Position numbers and translations under genes: made by a program
Source: Methanobacteriota archaeon
GTDB taxonomy: Archaea > Thermoplasmatota > Thermoplasmata > SG8-5 > DAIRED01
NCBI GenBank assembly: GCA_043799545.1
Contig: JAZDNO010000025.1
Span: forward strand, 1-55,952
DNA: 55,952 nt
Direction: 5' to 3'
Shown here: in pieces, positions 20,601-26,753 of the stretch
Numbering within the stretch: the stretch's first letter is position 1
Layout: each line of letters starts with the position of its first letter
The notes under the pieces: model-generated
Seen by the model: only the letters and a program-made list of their open reading frames with translations
Databases searched by the model: none
What the model was told of the DNA's origin: nothing

Positions 20601-20761
20601 ACGACAACGACTGGGATCAGGGAAATGTCACGGGTGGAAATTACTGGAGCGATCATAACTGCTCGGGAAATCCAAGCGATGGCAGCGAACCATATACAAT
20701 CGTAGGGAGTGCATATAGCGAAGATGAATATCCATTTGAAATAAAAGACGGATGGAATTGA
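17630..20761 (+). CDS. Secreted right-handed beta-helix (NosD/CASH-like) protein with two tandem modules
   Basis: Signal peptide; Asn-rich 'xxNxIxxNxxxxN..GI' coils; two copies of (H/R)xxIRI.xNxDF...GV..GNG...NPY.IEN..INGTGYG.CIYIGNTT.YF.I.DCYLH; two W(D)xG..xGNYWSD closing motifs. Confidence 0.85.
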   Translation: MALMKNKEFRKSGVGQIEKCRYYAVALILILSIIPMLGNNVKGYESHSPIRINRNSDFTEANGVSSGNGTEANPYIIENWDINGTGYGCCIYIGNTTSYFNIVDCYLHHTTGVGSSFYWNSGIVFYNARNGYIENVTSYHNNGHGFYLDRSDYNIFEHCNASENGRAGFSMWYWSDHNFIWNSSAIDNSCGTTTYDGGFSFVVCNNNEIDNCNSDENYNGIKIYEAYRITISNSTIAENTYGAYINLPASHNISVRNSSFEHNTYGYYAYNSRYCSLSGCNISNSTSYGIYLYLSRYFNIDNTTLWNHQSNYLSIYANVKDDANHTISSSNKINGKDVYYIFNLVNLSYANKIAGHFTLAYCGNISLTNITVSRGDSLNLWYTSNSSLDNCTSENNTFGIRLTKVSNTFIEQCSIMNNSFNGIHAESTDNCTVRSCTIKNHKVAPYGLGIRFVGGKNNQIENNNVSFNRVGIHGGYPSFQNNCIQNNNVWNNSIYGINTEHGDSNNVIKENMVAHSPGGGIVLEYINTAPPLNDSVLNNTIIGTNGNNKGYVGIKISNARDGGTQPTPMSNKINISSNSIIDCSYGIMLAYSKNNSIKENTIKNCTNSLYVIYQSANNAIYHNNLYNSAYDSSGFNSWDNGYPSGGNYWSDYNGTDEYCGPGQNLIGWDNIGDTLYDDIDGSANAFDGYPLMRPWPCETRSNRDVIRIKSNDDFDDDHGVSEGNGSSSNPYVIENFIINGTGYGYCIYIGNTTDYFVIRDCYLHNASGGYYYNAGAVLYNVSNGMIDNSTFAYSYNGIYIYGDSDENTIQNNTAILNEYSGIMLVDGCGNNVIIYNTATSNSFVGIHLYDDCDFNTVSYNNASSNLYEGIILSYSDHNFVEGNVVTLNSEVGIVLDESDWNSISENNASSNVYPGLWLTAADNNTIDGNEIWSNGDSAIYLEQFNNNNVILSNTIGTNDCGVYIDPEDNDHNSIYHNDFLDNTVQAYDDGDDNDWDQGNVTGGNYWSDHNCSGNPSDGSEPYTIVGSAYSEDEYPFEIKDGWN

Positions 20762-20910
20762 ATAAAACTCGTTTCATTCGTGAGTGCTTCGTGAATATCA
20801 GCAACAAAGGAAGTTTTTCCGGTTTCTCCACCACTCCTTTAGCAGTCCTTAAAACTTCGTCGTCCTTTAGGTCGAGCCAATATGGGAGATCCCGGTCTTT
20901 TAAACCCAAG

Positions 20911-20963
20911 GGCATTCTTTGGGAGGACTTTTCCAAAGAGGCGAGACACAAAGAAAGCGTTTA
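20911..20963. repeat. Copy of short dispersed palindromic repeat abutting the lhr stop codon
   Basis: gcgagacacaaagaaagcgttta (20941-20963) matches 31987-32009 at 21/23 nt; an upstream ttctttgg can pair with ccaaag. Confidence 0.6.
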
Positions 20964-23711
20964 ATCCCAGAACCTCTTGGTCTTTGCGAAAAGTACCTCA
21001 GCCTCAAGGATTTGCGCCAGCAAGTCCTCGTCCGTCGCCCGGTACCTCTGCAGTATCCTCGCCGCCGCATCCGGGCCAATCCCACGCCCGCAGAGCACCA
21101 GCGCGGCCCTCCTGCCGTGCTCCCGCACGAGGTCGGCGCTCTTGGCGATGCGCTTCACCTCCCTGCGCTCCTCGGCGGTCAAAGACGCCTTCGAGAACAA
21201 CCTGGACTTCTCGGCCTCCCTCGAACCGAGGCACGCCACCTGCACGGCCCCGCAGTACATGCACCTGAGCTTTTCGGGAAGCCGTCCGGCGCGCGACCGC
21301 CAAGACTTCTTGCAGTTCAGACAGAGGATGCTCACATCCTCCTCCTCCAGGCGCTTGCGGAGCGCGTCCAGTATCGCCTTGCTCGGCCTGGATGGAGCCA
21401 CCATCTCCCCCGACTCCTCGATTCCCAGGATGCCGAGCGGCGAGAGCCTACCTTCCAAGATTTTTATCTCGCCTCCGTTGATTCTGCGCAAAATCCCCGT
21501 CGCCCGGGGCAAATCCATCTCGTCCCAGACCGAGCGCTCCAGTGCCTCCTCCACGAGCGGGGAACCGTCGTACGCCTCGACCAGCGAATCCAGGTTCATC
21601 GTCCGGTAGTCTGCGTCCCGGCTGACGACCCCGAATTTTTTCGCTGCCTGGACGAAGCGCCATTTGAACGTGAGCGAGCGGCGCACGGCGAGCCTCACGA
21701 GAGGGCCCAGCGCATCCGGCTGAGTGTCCTTTAGGATTGCCAGCGCCCCCTTCGCGTCCGCCTTCCAGGGGAATTCCAGCACGATGCGGTACGGGTCCAC
21801 GCGCATCCCCACGCTCTCGCCCGACCGGGCGGCCATCAGGCTTGCCAGGAGGCGCCCGAGCGTCTCGTTCACCTTGGTCCCGAAGCAGGCGTTGACGACC
21901 ATCAGCCCGCCGTCCACCTCGACGACGACGGTAGAGTCGTCGGCGAGCGCCAGCTTCTTCGAGTCCTGCTCTGCCAGCTTGCTGGATATCGCATTTGCGC
22001 AATCCGAATCGGCGGGATAATTGCCGTAGTCGCGCTTTCTCCGAAGGGCTCCGACCTCCTGCGCGACGCCGTATGGCACTGGTATCTCCTCGCCCACCCA
22101 GCTCGGCACGACGCCCACCTGCGTGACGGGCTCGACGAGTATCTGGTCTCCCTCGATGTCCACGATGCGCCAGGGGTTTCCCTTCACTATGAACGGCATC
22201 CGGTGGTCCGAGAAGCTCGCCACGAACGCCTCGTCCAGCTGGCCCACGTGCTTCCGCGTCGTGATGTCGATTATGCGGTACGTCTTCTCGTCCGGAATCA
22301 TGGAGATGTTCTCGAAGTAGTGCTCGATGGTCCTCGCGGATTTTCGAATCATCCCGTCGCGGAGCGCGATGGTCCTGACATCGGCGAGGAACTGCGTGAC
22401 GCGGTCGAAGGCCACTCTTTCAAGGCTTCGAAAAACCCATGTCCGCCTCACAGCCGCGTAGAGCGCATCCGGATCGCCAGTGGCGTGCGTCATCGCGTGC
22501 GCCACAATCTGATTCGCAAGGACCGTCATCGGATTGCTGCGGATTGGCACCTCCTCGATTTCCCCGGCCAGCGCCCGCCTTGCTATGACCGCCGCCTCCG
22601 CTGCGTCGTCTACGCCCTGAGCGACCACGAGCCCCTCAGAGGTGCGCCCGACCCCATGGCCGGCCCTGCCGACTCGCTGGACGAGCCTTGCGACCTCGCG
22701 CGGGCTGCCGAACTGGATGGCGTAATCCGTGGAACCGACGTCGATTCCCAGTTCCAGCGACGACGTGCAAATCAGGGCCTTCAGCCGCTCGGACTTGAAG
22801 TCCTCCTCCATGTCGACCCGCACGTGCCTGGAAAGCGAGCCGTGGTGGACGCCGATTTTAAACCCCTCGTCCCAGACATGGTACCGCGAAGCAAGATACT
22901 CGGCCGTGTCCCTGGTGTTCACGAAGAACAAGGTGCTGCGGTGGCCCTCAACCTTCGTCCTGCAAACCCTCATTGCTGCGGCCATCTCCGGCTCGGTCCG
23001 GATTTTGTCCGCCAGGGCGCGGTCCTCTTTGCCAGCCTTCGGATAGACGACAGAAATCTCAAGCCCTTTGGGCATCTTCGCCCTGACCACCACGACCTTC
23101 CTGCCTGGTCCTCCGAGGAAGCTAGCCACATCCCCGGGCGAACCGACGGTCGCGGAAAGGCCGATGCGCTGAAACTCCCCCGCGACGTCCGCCAGTCTCT
23201 CCAGCCCCACCGAGAGTTGTGCCCCCCTTTCATCCCCAGCCAGCTCGTGTATCTCGTCCACGACGACCGTCTTCACGTTCGCCAGCGCCTCGCGGAGCTT
23301 CTTCCCCGTGAACATTATCTGCAGCGTCTCGGGAGTCGTAATCATTATCTGGGGCGGTTTTCTGGCCTGCTTCAGCCTCTCGCCCTGCGGGGTGTCGCCG
23401 TGCCTCACGCCCACGCTCAGGCCAAGAGCCTGGCCGAAGAACTCCATCCTGCGCAGCATGTCGCGGTTGAGCGCCCGCAGCGGCGTGATGTAGAGGATGT
23501 TCATCCCTGGGGCGGGGTCCATAACCAGCCTGTCGAGAAGCGGCAGCATCGCGGCCTCGGTCTTGCCGATGCCTGTGGGCGCAACCAACAGGACGCTTTT
23601 CCCAGCAGTCACGGCAGGAATCATGGCGCTCTGGGCGGCGGTAGGCCTGTCGATGCCCAGCTTTGCCAGCGCGGCCCGGACGTCCGGGTGGAGGCAGTCG
23701 AATGCGCTCAT
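20961..23711 (-). CDS. lhr: Lhr-type ATP-dependent DEAD/DEAH helicase
   Basis: APTGIGKT (motif I), YITPLRALNRD, VDEIHE (II), GLSAT (III), HHGSLS, CTSSLELGID, QRVGRAGH (VI); C-terminal CxxC...CxxC zinc finger; 916 aa. Confidence 0.92.
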   Translation of the reverse strand: MSAFDCLHPDVRAALAKLGIDRPTAAQSAMIPAVTAGKSVLLVAPTGIGKTEAAMLPLLDRLVMDPAPGMNILYITPLRALNRDMLRRMEFFGQALGLSVGVRHGDTPQGERLKQARKPPQIMITTPETLQIMFTGKKLREALANVKTVVVDEIHELAGDERGAQLSVGLERLADVAGEFQRIGLSATVGSPGDVASFLGGPGRKVVVVRAKMPKGLEISVVYPKAGKEDRALADKIRTEPEMAAAMRVCRTKVEGHRSTLFFVNTRDTAEYLASRYHVWDEGFKIGVHHGSLSRHVRVDMEEDFKSERLKALICTSSLELGIDVGSTDYAIQFGSPREVARLVQRVGRAGHGVGRTSEGLVVAQGVDDAAEAAVIARRALAGEIEEVPIRSNPMTVLANQIVAHAMTHATGDPDALYAAVRRTWVFRSLERVAFDRVTQFLADVRTIALRDGMIRKSARTIEHYFENISMIPDEKTYRIIDITTRKHVGQLDEAFVASFSDHRMPFIVKGNPWRIVDIEGDQILVEPVTQVGVVPSWVGEEIPVPYGVAQEVGALRRKRDYGNYPADSDCANAISSKLAEQDSKKLALADDSTVVVEVDGGLMVVNACFGTKVNETLGRLLASLMAARSGESVGMRVDPYRIVLEFPWKADAKGALAILKDTQPDALGPLVRLAVRRSLTFKWRFVQAAKKFGVVSRDADYRTMNLDSLVEAYDGSPLVEEALERSVWDEMDLPRATGILRRINGGEIKILEGRLSPLGILGIEESGEMVAPSRPSKAILDALRKRLEEEDVSILCLNCKKSWRSRAGRLPEKLRCMYCGAVQVACLGSREAEKSRLFSKASLTAEERREVKRIAKSADLVREHGRRAALVLCGRGIGPDAAARILQRYRATDEDLLAQILEAEVLFAKTKRFWD

Positions 23712-23782
23712 CCCACCTTCATAGATAATTCTGATATAAAAAGCGCCCCAAGGGTTATATGAAAGTATTGCGATAATCGGCT

Positions 23783-24613
23783 GTGAAGCTCGAAATGGAC
23801 CCTTGCCAGATATTCGCCGGAGAGAGGACCCCCATAGCCCTGCGCGTCCGCATGGACCACATGGGAGAGCGCGGCTGCGCCTTCACCGCTGAGAAGCTGG
23901 CCGGGCAGATTCTCGTCGGGCAGAGGCCGGACCACTCCTGGGGCACGACATCCGAGACCGTCCGCGCCCTTTACGACCTGAGCGTACTGAAACCCGGCGG
24001 CAACCTGATAACGCGCTCCGGCGTGGGCTGGCTCCTGGAGGAGCACCTCCCGCCCATGGCGCAAGCCAGCACCGACGGTTCGCCGTACGACAACCTCTTC
24101 TTCAAGGTCGAAAAATACGAATCGAAACGTTTGAACGAATTGTCCGGCACCCCCTTCACGAAAGGCTGCTCGGGTTTCATCAAGACCGGCGCCGCGCTCT
24201 ATCTGGCCTCGGCGAACAGGATGCACGCGCACGAGCGCGTCGCGGCAGCGCTGGAATCGCTGGACAAGGTAATCGCCATCAGAAACGGGAGGTGGTGCCG
24301 TCCGTCCTGCTCGAATAACATCCTCCAGGGCTATGCGATGCATCCAGAGGCGAAGGACGGCCCCGCGATGCGCTCAGCCATCGCTGCGCTGGCAAAGCTG
24401 CAAAAATCGTCTGGGATTTGGACCGGAGCCCCGTTCTACCCCACGCTGTACGCGATGAGCAATTGCGAATCCAAGCAAGCGGCGAGGCAGGTGGAAATCG
24501 CTCTGGCGAAGTGCGCACGCACACAAAAACGGGACGGTTCGTGGGGCGGAAAAAACAAGCTGCACGACACATACATGGTCATCGAGGCGCTGAAGCGGAG
24601 CGGGGAAATCTGA
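23783..24613 (+). CDS. Hypothetical protein with prenyltransferase/squalene-cyclase QW-type repeats
   Basis: Three QxxxGxW-like motifs (QRPDHSW, QKSSGIW, QKRDGSW); helical; GTG start; divergent from lhr. Confidence 0.65.
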   Translation: MKLEMDPCQIFAGERTPIALRVRMDHMGERGCAFTAEKLAGQILVGQRPDHSWGTTSETVRALYDLSVLKPGGNLITRSGVGWLLEEHLPPMAQASTDGSPYDNLFFKVEKYESKRLNELSGTPFTKGCSGFIKTGAALYLASANRMHAHERVAAALESLDKVIAIRNGRWCRPSCSNNILQGYAMHPEAKDGPAMRSAIAALAKLQKSSGIWTGAPFYPTLYAMSNCESKQAARQVEIALAKCARTQKRDGSWGGKNKLHDTYMVIEALKRSGEI

Positions 24614-24617
24614 AGAC

Positions 24618-25094
24618 TCACTCTTCGCGGACTCTCTTTTCCAGGGCCCTCAGGTAGCCCAACAGGGCGTCGGACCTGTCCTGGTCCTCGACCAGGAGGT
24701 CGTAAAGCGAGGAATCGTCCGTGAGCAGCCTGCGCGGTTTCGCTATGAGCGTACCGGCCTTGCTCGCCCAGACGCCGTGCTCCTCTCTGAGGTGCGAGTA
24801 GCGGCTCGAAGCCGGGTCGATCCCGTTTTTCTTAAGCGCCAGTATCCTGTGGTCTATCTCCCTTTCCCTCGCCAAAGAAGCGTCCTTCCTTGACCGGAGC
24901 GCCCCGAACATAGTCCCCTCGTCAAGCTTGGCGCGCTTCTTCCCTCGCCCCGAGCAGTCCGGGCACTTACCAGTCCCGTCGCAGGCGTCGCACGGCAGCC
25001 TCACTTTTCCCCACAGGCCAGTGTCGACCTTGCCCTTGCCCCTGCACTCGGGGCACTTTCCTATGGCGAAACAGGTCTGGCATCGCTGCAACAT
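24618..25094 (-). CDS. DnaJ-type zinc-finger protein without a J domain
   Basis: CQTCFAIG, CPECRGKG, CDACDGTG, CPDCSGRG, followed by a charged helical C-terminus; 158 aa. Confidence 0.7.
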   Translation of the reverse strand: MLQRCQTCFAIGKCPECRGKGKVDTGLWGKVRLPCDACDGTGKCPDCSGRGKKRAKLDEGTMFGALRSRKDASLAREREIDHRILALKKNGIDPASSRYSHLREEHGVWASKAGTLIAKPRRLLTDDSSLYDLLVEDQDRSDALLGYLRALEKRVREE

Positions 25095-25203
25095 TTAGCT
25101 CACTCGGGTTATGGAATACGAAGGTGGCAAATAAGGATATTGCTGGTTGCGGGGTATGTTTATGGGGCGGCGGTTTCTTTGAATCTACCAAAAACAAATT
25201 CAT

Positions 25204-25335
25204 TGGCTCAAGAATCTGACGATAATTGAGCTTGAGCCAGATACGGACTAACTCCCAGTTGGCATAGTAAATTCATACCGTTAGTCCTATCCGGTCCCTC
25301 TTAGTAAATAAATAAATTCATGCGAGGGACCGGAT
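25204..25335. other. Three tandem stem-loops downstream of (and overlapping) tRNA-Leu
   Basis: Inverted repeats tggctcaag/cttgagcca (25204-12/25231-39), ggactaac/gttagtcc (25245-52/25280-87) and atccggtccctc/gagggaccggat (25289-300/25324-35). Confidence 0.7.
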
Positions 25336-25404
25336 TTGAACCGGTGAACCACTAAGGAATGGATCTTGAGTCCATCGCTTTTGACCATGCTAAGCGACCC
25401 TCGC
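25321..25404 (-). tRNA. tRNA-Leu (anticodon CAA)
   Basis: Reverse complement GCGAGGGTCGCTTAGCATGGTCAAAAGCGATGGACTCAAGATCCATTCCTTAGTGGTTCACCGGTTCAAATCCGGTCCCTCGCA: GCGAGGG/CCCTCGC acceptor stem, anticodon loop CTCAAGA, long variable arm, GGTTCAAATCC T-arm, no encoded CCA. Confidence 0.95.
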
Positions 25405-25504
25405 ATTTCGGGATTCGCCGGGGTTAATCCTGCGGGTTGGATATGAACCTTCTGCTCGGGGAAAAGGATTATTACGGGCGCGGCGTTCCACTCGCGGTGG
25501 TAAT

Positions 25505-25936
25505 CTGAAGGCCGTTGTCAAATGGACGGGGGGCTTGTCCTTCGTCGGGCGCGGGGACAGCAAGCACATGGTTCCGATGGACGCCAGCGAAACCTATGGG
25601 GGGGCCGACGGCGGAGCCAGGCCCACCGAGCTCCTGCTGATGTCCCTGGGGGGCTGCACTGGCATGGACGTGGTTTCGATACTCCAGAAGAAGAAGGCGA
25701 AAATTGACGACTTCTGGCTCGAGCTTTCCGCAGATAAGACGGATGTCCACCCCAAGATGCTGAAGGATATCAAGGTAAAGTTCGTCATTGTCGGCCGGAA
25801 TATTCAGAAGAAGGAGGTCAAGCGCGCTATCGAACTCTCTACTGAAAAATACTGCACCGTCGGGGCAATGCTCAAGGCCAGCGCGACAATAGAATACGAT
25901 TTCGAGATACGTGAGACGGGCGCGGGCGAACAATAA
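25505..25936 (+). CDS. osmC: OsmC/YhfA-family protein
   Basis: RPTELLLMSLGGCTGMDV and AIELSTEKYCTV (two conserved Cys). The ORF track starts at TTG 25535, but family-like sequence (KAVVKWTGG) extends to CTG 25505. Confidence 0.85.
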   Translation: MKAVVKWTGGLSFVGRGDSKHMVPMDASETYGGADGGARPTELLLMSLGGCTGMDVVSILQKKKAKIDDFWLELSADKTDVHPKMLKDIKVKFVIVGRNIQKKEVKRAIELSTEKYCTVGAMLKASATIEYDFEIRETGAGEQ

Positions 25937-25968
25937 TTATATATCCAACATATACATTGCAGGTGCCG

Positions 25969-26088
25969 ATGGGATGCGCTTCCTGCGCCGACGACGATTG
26001 CCGGATATTCAGAGGTAGAATCAGGTGTTGCGAGGTCTGCGAGCGCTCTGCGATGGCTCCTCAGATGGCCTCCCTGACGCTCCCCTGA
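25969..26088 (+). CDS. Candidate 39-aa Cys-rich microprotein MGCASCADDDCRIFRGRIRCCEVCERSAMAPQMASLTLP
   Basis: AGGTG SD-like motif just upstream of ATG 25969, TATA-like aattatata at ~25934-25942, six Cys (CxxC-x4-C-x8-CCxxC), followed by hairpins. Confidence 0.55.
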   Translation: MGCASCADDDCRIFRGRIRCCEVCERSAMAPQMASLTLP

Positions 26089-26094
26089 ACCCAC

Positions 26095-26160
26095 GGTTCA
26101 CTCTTGAACCATGCCCTTAGCCCAGCTTCATAGCTGGCAGTTCTTAGAAAAATAAAAAGT
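26095..26160. terminator. Probable bidirectional terminator region between convergent micro-ORFs
   Basis: Hairpins ggttca/tgaacc (26095-26110) and ccagct/agctgg (26122-26137), plus an A-rich tract at 26146-26160 that is poly-T on the minus strand. Confidence 0.5.
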
Positions 26161-26184
26161 GGGGGAAGAAATCCTGAAATGGCA

Positions 26185-26322
26185 TCAGCGCTTTGCCGGC
26201 GTTCCGACGAGCTTGGTGATGTCGTCCTGCATCTTGAGTATCTGCGTTTCCATCCTGGCAAGCCTGCAGTTGATGCAATTGCATCCATCTTCGTAATCCT
26301 GAACTTCGTTTTTCTTTGGCAT
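26185..26322 (-). CDS. Candidate 45-aa microprotein MPKKNEVQDYEDGCNCINCRLARMETQILKMQDDITKLVGTPAKR
   Basis: ATG 1 nt after the upstream TAA, GGAG upstream, CxCxxC followed by a heptad (coiled-coil) pattern. Confidence 0.55.
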   Translation of the reverse strand: MPKKNEVQDYEDGCNCINCRLARMETQILKMQDDITKLVGTPAKR

Positions 26323-26323
26323 G

Positions 26324-26491
26324 TTACAACTCTCCGTACTTCCCCTTCTTCCATCTCATGGTCGCGCTGCAGTCTATTCTCTTGTTGAGCGATTTGTTCC
26401 TGCCACTTATGATGTCGTTGACAAGAGTGACCCTGTTATGCACGTCTATGGCTCCGTTGAACCGCGTTCTTTTTAGAAGTATGGCCGTCAT
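26324..26491 (-). CDS. Candidate 55-aa basic microprotein MTAILLKRTRFNGAIDVHNRVTLVNDIISGRNKSLNKRIDCSATMRWKKGKYGEL, loosely AbrB/SpoVT-like
   Basis: Strong GAGGTG SD overlapping the upstream stop; IDxxNRVTL resembles the AbrB 'VD..GRITIP' motif (weak match). Confidence 0.5.
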   Translation of the reverse strand: MTAILLKRTRFNGAIDVHNRVTLVNDIISGRNKSLNKRIDCSATMRWKKGKYGEL

Positions 26492-26492
26492 C

Positions 26493-26639
26493 TCACACCT
26501 CGTACCTTTCTTCGAGGATCTTTAAAGCCTGGACAAGGCAAGCCTTGAAATCTTCGCAGTGCTCTGGTTTTACTGTGCTGTTTTGAGAGGGTGAGTTGAT
26601 ATGCCGCGAATTTATCCGGTTGTCGTCCTTGATGAGCAT
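26493..26639 (-). CDS. Candidate 48-aa microprotein MLIKDDNRINSRHINSPSQNSTVKPEHCEDFKACLVQALKILEERYEV
   Basis: First of three coupled ORFs; amphipathic C-terminal helix; part of track ORF 26493..26687. Confidence 0.4.
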   Translation of the reverse strand: MLIKDDNRINSRHINSPSQNSTVKPEHCEDFKACLVQALKILEERYEV

Positions 26640-26641
26640 AT

Positions 26642-26693
26642 ATACCACGCACGTATACGAAACACATACATTTCGCATACACAACATAGATAC
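26642..26693. repeat. Helically phased ATAC (GTAT) repeats upstream of the microprotein operon
   Basis: ATAC begins at 26642, 26655, 26666, 26677 and 26690 (spacings 13, 11, 11, 13). Confidence 0.45.
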
Positions 26694-26753
26694 GCTTCTT
26701 AGTATATCAAATTATTGCCTAAGCGTATTAAAAAGGTTTTGCAGCTCTATGGG

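Noticed and set aside
20670-20845. Minus-strand GETGKT...IQFHPS, resembling an McrB/AAA fragment
   Set aside because: A stop lies immediately upstream with no start, the Walker A spacing is one residue short, and IQFHPS is simply the antisense of the beta-helix gene's KDGWN* end.
22203-23762. 519-aa plus-strand ORF
   Set aside because: Antisense shadow of lhr with no recognisable motifs.
25321-25404. tRNA-Leu as the attachment site of an integrated element
   Set aside because: No direct repeat of the tRNA 3' end and no integrase seen in the window; only an inverted 12-mer (reported as a finding).
25960-26160. Possible SRP (7S) RNA or RNase P RNA
   Set aside because: Too short (~200 nt), and I found no SRP helix-8 or RNase P GAGGAAAGUCC-type motif; better explained by a small ORF plus terminators.
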